Below are positions 27,711 to 32,000 of a stretch of 32,000 bases of DNA, piece after piece. The DNA comes from Schaalia odontolytica (GTDB lineage Bacteria; Actinomycetota; Actinomycetes; Actinomycetales; Actinomycetaceae). Location of the stretch: the NCBI RefSeq assembly GCF_005696695.1, contig NZ_CP040006.1:1080001-1112000 (forward strand), read 5' to 3'. How positions within the stretch are numbered: the stretch's first letter is position 1; each line of letters opens with the position of its first letter. The notes beneath the pieces were generated by a model, which worked only from the letters and a program-made list of their open reading frames with translations, had not been told where the DNA came from and did no database searches. A program made the translations under genes and the position numbers.

Positions 27711-27729
27711 TTCGCTTTACGATGGATAC

Positions 27730-28218
27730 ATGCACATCCTTGTTACTGCATCATCAAAGCACGGGGCGACGGATGAGGTCGCCGACGCCATCGCGAAGCG
27801 CCTCGAAGCGGCGGGTTTCACCGTCGATCGTGTCGCGCCTGCTGACGTGACCACGGTTGAACCCTACGACGCCGTGGTTGTCGGCTCTGCTGTCTACATT
27901 CTCCAGTGGATGCCTGAGGCTCACGACTTCATGGAGCGCTTCAAGGATGATCTGCGTGACAAGCCGGTGTGGGCTTTCTCCGTCGGCATGAATGGCGTGC
28001 CGAAGCACTCGGAGCAGGATGGCAACCGTGTCGGTCCGCTCCTCACCCACGTCAACTGCCGTGAGCTGCGTACCTTCCCGGGTCGCTACAAGCCGGCGCT
28101 TCTGTCGCTGCGCGAGCGCTCGGTTGCACGCCTCGCCGGTGTCGTTGAGGGCGACTTCCGCGACTGGGACGCGATCGAGGCGTGGGCCGACGATATCGCG
28201 GCTGCGTTGAAGGCCTGA
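27730..28218 (+). CDS. Flavodoxin-like domain protein (HemG/flavodoxin_5-like)
   Basis: 'MHILVTASSKHGATDEVADAIAKRL...YDAVVVGSAVY' is the flavodoxin-like FMN-binding N-terminal pattern. The ATG at 27730 is preferred over the track start 27661. TACGAT (27718-27723) lies 6 nt upstream and there is no SD. Confidence 0.65.
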   Translation: MHILVTASSKHGATDEVADAIAKRLEAAGFTVDRVAPADVTTVEPYDAVVVGSAVYILQWMPEAHDFMERFKDDLRDKPVWAFSVGMNGVPKHSEQDGNRVGPLLTHVNCRELRTFPGRYKPALLSLRERSVARLAGVVEGDFRDWDAIEAWADDIAAALKA

Positions 28219-28228
28219 GAGTCGTGAG

Positions 28229-28270
28229 AGCAAGCGGGTGAGGGACATCCCTCGCCCGCTTGCTTATTTA
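28229..28270 (+). terminator. Intrinsic terminator after the flavodoxin-like gene
   Basis: AGCAAGCGGGTGAGGG (28229-28244), ACAT loop, CCCTCGCCCGCTTGCT (28249-28264). This is a 16-bp stem with one G.U, followed by TATTTATAT. Confidence 0.75.
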
Positions 28271-28298
28271 TATGCATTCATGTGTATAATCATGCATA
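28266..28298 (+). promoter_or_regulatory. AT-rich argR promoter/operator: palindrome TATGCAT-N14-ATGCATA (ARG-box-like) enclosing a consensus TATAAT -10
   Basis: TATGCAT lies at 28271-28277 and ATGCATA at 28292-28298. TATAAT at 28285-28290 lies 7 nt before the argR ATG (28298). The roughly 40-nt stretch is very AT-rich in a GC-rich genome. TGCAT half-sites resemble actinobacterial ARG boxes as I recall them. Confidence 0.45.
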
Positions 28299-28813
28299 TG
28301 AGTGCAACACCCGCATTTCCGAGCACCAAGAGTGCGCGGCATGAGATGATCCGCGATCTTCTGGCGTCCGAGTCGATCGGTAGCCAGGAAGGACTGCGCG
28401 CTCGCCTGGCCGAGCGGGGGATTGACGTCACCCAGACGACCCTCTCTCGCGATCTGATGGACCTGCGTGCGACGAAAATCCGTGACGCGTCCGGGGCTCT
28501 CATCTATACAGTGCCGGACCACGATGGCGGTCTGACCCACGACGCTGAAGCTGCCAACGTCCGTCTGGCGCGCTGGTGCCAGCTGCTCCTTGTCACCTCC
28601 GTGAAGGTGGGAAACCAGCTCGTCCTGCGTACCCAGGTGGGTGCAGCCAACCTCCTTGCGTCGTCGATCGACGCAGTGAGGCGCGATGAGATCGCTGGAA
28701 CAATCGCCGGCGACGACACAATCCTCGTGATCTGCCGTAGCGAAGAAGGCGCGGCTGACGTCGAACGCTCGTTGCTGGCCCTCGCCGAACCTGGCGCGCT
28801 CCCCGAAAACTAA
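28298..28813 (+). CDS. argR: Arginine repressor
   Basis: '[43 protein letters not shown]' is the winged-helix N-domain. '[19 protein letters not shown]...[14 protein letters not shown]' is the C-terminal oligomerisation/arginine-binding domain (GTIAGDDT motif). Confidence 0.9.
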   Translation: MSATPAFPSTKSARHEMIRDLLASESIGSQEGLRARLAERGIDVTQTTLSRDLMDLRATKIRDASGALIYTVPDHDGGLTHDAEAANVRLARWCQLLLVTSVKVGNQLVLRTQVGAANLLASSIDAVRRDEIAGTIAGDDTILVICRSEEGAADVERSLLALAEPGALPEN

Positions 28814-28877
28814 CTCCGGCCTCGTTCATACGAACACTGCCCGGGCACCACGAACCCAACAATTGGAAGGAACCCAC

Positions 28878-30098
28878 ATGTCGAGCAAAGATCGCGTCGT
28901 CCTGGCGTATTCAGGCGGCCTGGACACCTCTGTCGCCATCGGATGGATCGGCGAGCAGACCGGCCGCGAGGTCGTCGCCGTCGCCGTTGACGTCGGCCAG
29001 GGCGGAGAAGACCTTGAGGTCATTCGCCAGCGCGCCCTCGACTGTGGCGCCGTGGAAGCGTACGTGGCCGACGCTCGCGACGAGTTCGCGGAAGAGTACT
29101 GCATGCCTGCGCTCAAGGCTAACGCTCTGTACGAAGGCAAGTACCCCCTCGTGTCGGCACTGTCGCGTCCCGTCATCACCAAGCACCTGGTGAAGGCGGC
29201 TCGCGAGTTTGGTGCGTCGACAGTCGCCCACGGCTGCACGGGCAAGGGCAACGACCAGGTCCGTTTCGAAGTTTCGATTACCTCGATGGCGCCCGACATG
29301 GACTGCATTTCCCCTGTCCGTGACCTGGCGCTGACGCGTGACGTTGCGATCGACTACGCCGAGAAGCACAACCTGCCGATCGAAACGACCAAGCACAATC
29401 CCTTCTCGATCGACCAGAACGTGTGGGGCCGCGCTATTGAGACCGGCTTCCTCGAAGACCTCTGGAATGCTCCGACCAAGGATGTCTACAACTACACCGA
29501 CGACCCGACCTACCCGCCGCTGCCTGATGAGGTCGTCATCACCTTCGATAAGGGCATCCCCGTCGCCATCGACGGTCGTCCTGTGACGCCGCTCGAGGCC
29601 ATTCAGGAAATGAACCGTCGTGCGGGTGCTCAGGGTATCGGCCGAATCGACATGGTCGAGGACCGCCTCGTCGGCATCAAGTCCCGTGAAATTTACGAGG
29701 CGCCCGGTGCCGTCGCGCTCATCGAGGCGCACCAGGCTCTCGAGTCGGTGACGCTGGAACGCATGCAGCGCCGCTACAAGCGCCAGCTGGAGCAGACCTG
29801 GGGAGAACTTGTGTACGAGGCGCAGTGGTACTCGCCGCTCAAGAAGTCGATGGATGCCTTCATTGAGCACACGCAGGAGTATGTCTCCGGCGATATTCGC
29901 ATGGTGCTGCACGGCGGACGCGCGACCGTGAACGGTCGCCGCTCCGAATCCTCGCTGTACGACTTCAACCTTGCGACTTACGAGACCGGCGATACCTTCG
30001 ATCAGTCCTCGTCGCGCGGCTTTATCGACATCTACGGCCTGCAGTCGAAGCTCGCAGCGGCCCGTGACGTGCGTTTCGGCGTGAACATGGGTTACTGA
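28878..30098 (+). CDS. argG: Argininosuccinate synthase
   Basis: '[13 protein letters not shown]' (ATP PP-loop), '[14 protein letters not shown]' and '[12 protein letters not shown]' are present. The ATG at 28878 is preceded by GGAAGG. Confidence 0.95.
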   Translation: MSSKDRVVLAYSGGLDTSVAIGWIGEQTGREVVAVAVDVGQGGEDLEVIRQRALDCGAVEAYVADARDEFAEEYCMPALKANALYEGKYPLVSALSRPVITKHLVKAAREFGASTVAHGCTGKGNDQVRFEVSITSMAPDMDCISPVRDLALTRDVAIDYAEKHNLPIETTKHNPFSIDQNVWGRAIETGFLEDLWNAPTKDVYNYTDDPTYPPLPDEVVITFDKGIPVAIDGRPVTPLEAIQEMNRRAGAQGIGRIDMVEDRLVGIKSREIYEAPGAVALIEAHQALESVTLERMQRRYKRQLEQTWGELVYEAQWYSPLKKSMDAFIEHTQEYVSGDIRMVLHGGRATVNGRRSESSLYDFNLATYETGDTFDQSSSRGFIDIYGLQSKLAAARDVRFGVNMGY

Positions 30099-30148
30099 AC
30101 GATAGGTTGAGGGCGTTCTCACAGAGAATGTCTCAGTTGGGTTTCAAG

Positions 30149-30180
30149 AGGCGGGAGCGGCGAGAAGGCCGCTCCCGCCT
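30149..30180 (+). terminator. Stem-loop downstream of argG
   Basis: AGGCGGGAGCGGC (30149-30161), 6-nt loop, GCCGCTCCCGCCT (30168-30180). This is a perfect 13-bp stem. The T-tail is weak (CGCTTACTGTTTCG). Confidence 0.6.
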
Positions 30181-30197
30181 CGCTTACTGTTTCGTGT

Positions 30198-31553
30198 ATG
30201 ACGTATGAGGCGAGCGCCGTGAGCGATGCCGTGGGGAGCGATCGAGACGACGCCCTGCGCACGCGCATGATGCGCTACACAGTTGCTGCGATGTTCTTTG
30301 TCGGCTTTGCCGGCAAAGGTGTTCGTGGCATCTTCGGGGATATTGGCTCGCTTGTTCCGATGCTGATCCTGCTTGTGTCGTTTGTGGTGCTCTTCCGTAC
30401 CTCCGGGCGCTCGCTGTCGCTGCGTCGCTTTCCGACTACCACGTGTCTCTTTGTTGCCTGGTGTGCCCTGTCGTGCGCGTGGTCCGTGGCCCCTCTACAA
30501 AGCCTGCAATACGCGGTCTTATCCTCGGCTCTGACGCTCGTCTCCATCGCCGTGGCCGTTGCGCTGCCGCTCACCGAGCTCGTGGGCGCGTTGATCCTCG
30601 CCTTCCAGTGGATTATTGGCTCTTCGTTCATTCTCGAGGCTCTGGTCGCCTTCTTTGGCCGAGGCCCTCTCGCTCCTCCCATCATGTGGGGGAGGGGGCT
30701 CTTGCCTGCGTCGTACTACTGGGTGGACGGATTGCTCCTGGAGGGCGGGCCGATCCAGGGGTTCCCCGGGAACAGGAATCCTCTTGCTTTCATCGCACTG
30801 CTTCTGGCGGTGTGTTTAGTTCTTCGATACATGCAGACGAGGGCCTCCCGGCTATCGACGTTCGTGTGGCTCGGCTTGTGCGGTGCAGTGTTGCTATTGA
30901 CGCAGTCTGCGACGGTCGCTCTCTCGACTGTCGGCTGCTTCCTCGTCATCGCGGGCCTCGTCGTGCAGCGCCGAGTTCCGGTGCACCTGCGTCTACGTGT
31001 CGTCGGCATGTTCGCAGGCATCGGTGTTCTTACCGCGATTGCAGCGTTCTTCTGCCGCCACATGATCGCCGACGCTTTCGGTCGTAGCCCTGACATGAGC
31101 GGGCGTTCCGTCATCTGGCATGCGGTGGCGCCGCTCGTCAGGCAGCGTCCGATCGGCGGGTGGGGCTGGTTTATTGGTTGGCCCACGGAGATGGAACCTT
31201 TCGCATCTCTCGTCATCCGGCCCGATGGGACGCCGACTAATCAAGCGCACAACGTGTACGTCGAGGCGGCGCTCACGACCGGCTTTGTGGGCGCAGCCAT
31301 GATCACCGTCGCCATCGTTTGGACGCTCTACCGCGTCGTGAAAGTCGCCGTGGCCCACATCGACGACAACCTGTGGGATGTTATTCCGGCGGTCATCATC
31401 ATCGCGATGTTTATTCAGTCGTTTACTGAGTCGCGCCTGCTCTTCGAGGGCAACTGGATGCTCTTCGTCGTGATAGCGACGTGGGTGAAGGTCCGGGGCG
31501 AGGTTCCCGTGGTCTGGCCGTCGGCGGCCCGCCAACATCTCGAATATTCTTAA
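30198..31553 (+). CDS. O-antigen ligase / Wzy_C-domain family polytopic membrane protein
   Basis: 451 aa with many hydrophobic segments (roughly 10-12). '[28 protein letters not shown]' matches the Wzy_C signature (HN-x-y-l-E-x-x-x-e-x-G-x-x-G). Sampled 60-nt stretches give about 50-62% GC versus about 65% in argG. There is no clear SD at the 30198 ATG, and an alternative ATG lies at 30267. Confidence 0.7.
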   Translation: MTYEASAVSDAVGSDRDDALRTRMMRYTVAAMFFVGFAGKGVRGIFGDIGSLVPMLILLVSFVVLFRTSGRSLSLRRFPTTTCLFVAWCALSCAWSVAPLQSLQYAVLSSALTLVSIAVAVALPLTELVGALILAFQWIIGSSFILEALVAFFGRGPLAPPIMWGRGLLPASYYWVDGLLLEGGPIQGFPGNRNPLAFIALLLAVCLVLRYMQTRASRLSTFVWLGLCGAVLLLTQSATVALSTVGCFLVIAGLVVQRRVPVHLRLRVVGMFAGIGVLTAIAAFFCRHMIADAFGRSPDMSGRSVIWHAVAPLVRQRPIGGWGWFIGWPTEMEPFASLVIRPDGTPTNQAHNVYVEAALTTGFVGAAMITVAIVWTLYRVVKVAVAHIDDNLWDVIPAVIIIAMFIQSFTESRLLFEGNWMLFVVIATWVKVRGEVPVVWPSAARQHLEYS

Positions 31554-31596
31554 GACATACGAACGTCATCGTTGTCACCGACCCAGGAGGAAACTC

Positions 31597-32000
31597 ATGT
31601 CGCAGTCCGAAAAGCACGTCTCGCTGTGGGGTGGCCGTTTTTCTGGTGGGCCTTCGCAGGCACTGGCTGCACTGAGCGTGTCGACGCACTTCGACTTCCG
31701 CCTGGCGCACGTGGATATCGCTGGCTCGCACGCGCACGCTGATGAGCTGCATCGCGTTGGGCTGTTGAGCGACCAGGAGTGCGCCGAAATGCACGATGCT
31801 TTGGCACGCCTCGACGCCGATGTTGCTTCGGGTGCTTTTGTGCCTGCGCCCGACGATGAAGACGTCCACACTGCGCTTGAGCGTGGCCTCATCGAGCGAG
31901 CCGGAGCGACGCTGGGTGGCAAGCTCCGCGCAGGACGTTCTCGCAACGATCAGATTGCCACGCTCATCCGTGTGTACCTGCGTGAGGAGGCTCGTCATCT
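31597..32000 (+). CDS. argH: Argininosuccinate lyase (5' part, runs off the window)
   Basis: My own translation from the ATG at 31597 (AGGAGG at 31585-31590) reads [57 protein letters not shown]...[34 protein letters not shown] and GRSRNDQ(I/V)AT are ArgH signatures. It is not in the ORF track because it has no stop in the window. Confidence 0.93.
   Translation, partial: MSQSEKHVSLWGGRFSGGPSQALAALSVSTHFDFRLAHVDIAGSHAHADELHRVGLLSDQECAEMHDALARLDADVASGAFVPAPDDEDVHTALERGLIERAGATLGGKLRAGRSRNDQIATLIRVYLREEARH

Overview
The window looks like a high-GC (roughly 60-65% by eye, not computed) actinobacterial chromosomal core segment, densely packed with housekeeping genes. Gene content and order fit Actinomycetales, possibly an Actinomycetaceae-like host-associated organism, though that assignment is low confidence. 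On the + strand, in order: a partial RIP-protease tail, ispG, an SRPBCC-like protein, a small membrane protein, proS, def, DUF3145, an acidic ACP-like ORF and aspA. The next stretch carries a flavin-reductase-like gene (-), aceE (-), DUF3052 (+), tRNA-Val(TAC) (+), ndh (-) and an ANL adenylating enzyme, lipA and lipB (all -). After these come nif3 (+), a COG1579-like coiled-coil protein (+), a GH29 alpha-L-fucosidase (-), yaaA (-) and RNase P RNA (+). The last stretch holds ppgK, map and panB (all -), then pheS, pheT, a flavodoxin-like gene, argR, argG, an O-antigen-ligase-like membrane protein and the 5' part of argH (all +). The argH fragment is missing from the ORF track because it runs off the window. 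I see no CRISPR array, transposase, integrase, phage genes or recognisable defence or toxin genes, so I cannot support a claim of a clear novel system. The candidates most worth follow-up are: (1) a lipB-lipA-ANL ligase chain joined by 4-nt overlaps; (2) an orphan acidic ACP-like gene coupled to DUF3145, where FAS-II genes normally sit; (3) a remodelled arginine locus, with argCJBDF absent between pheST and argR and a lower-GC Wzy_C-like gene wedged between argG and argH; (4) near-identical palindromic elements flanking the flavin-reductase-like gene; (5) a cysteine-free version of the zinc-ribbon partner of Nif3; (6) several genes with a TAnnnT hexamer exactly 6 nt upstream of the start codon, suggesting leaderless mRNAs. 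The many long ORFs antisense to real genes are high-GC artefacts.
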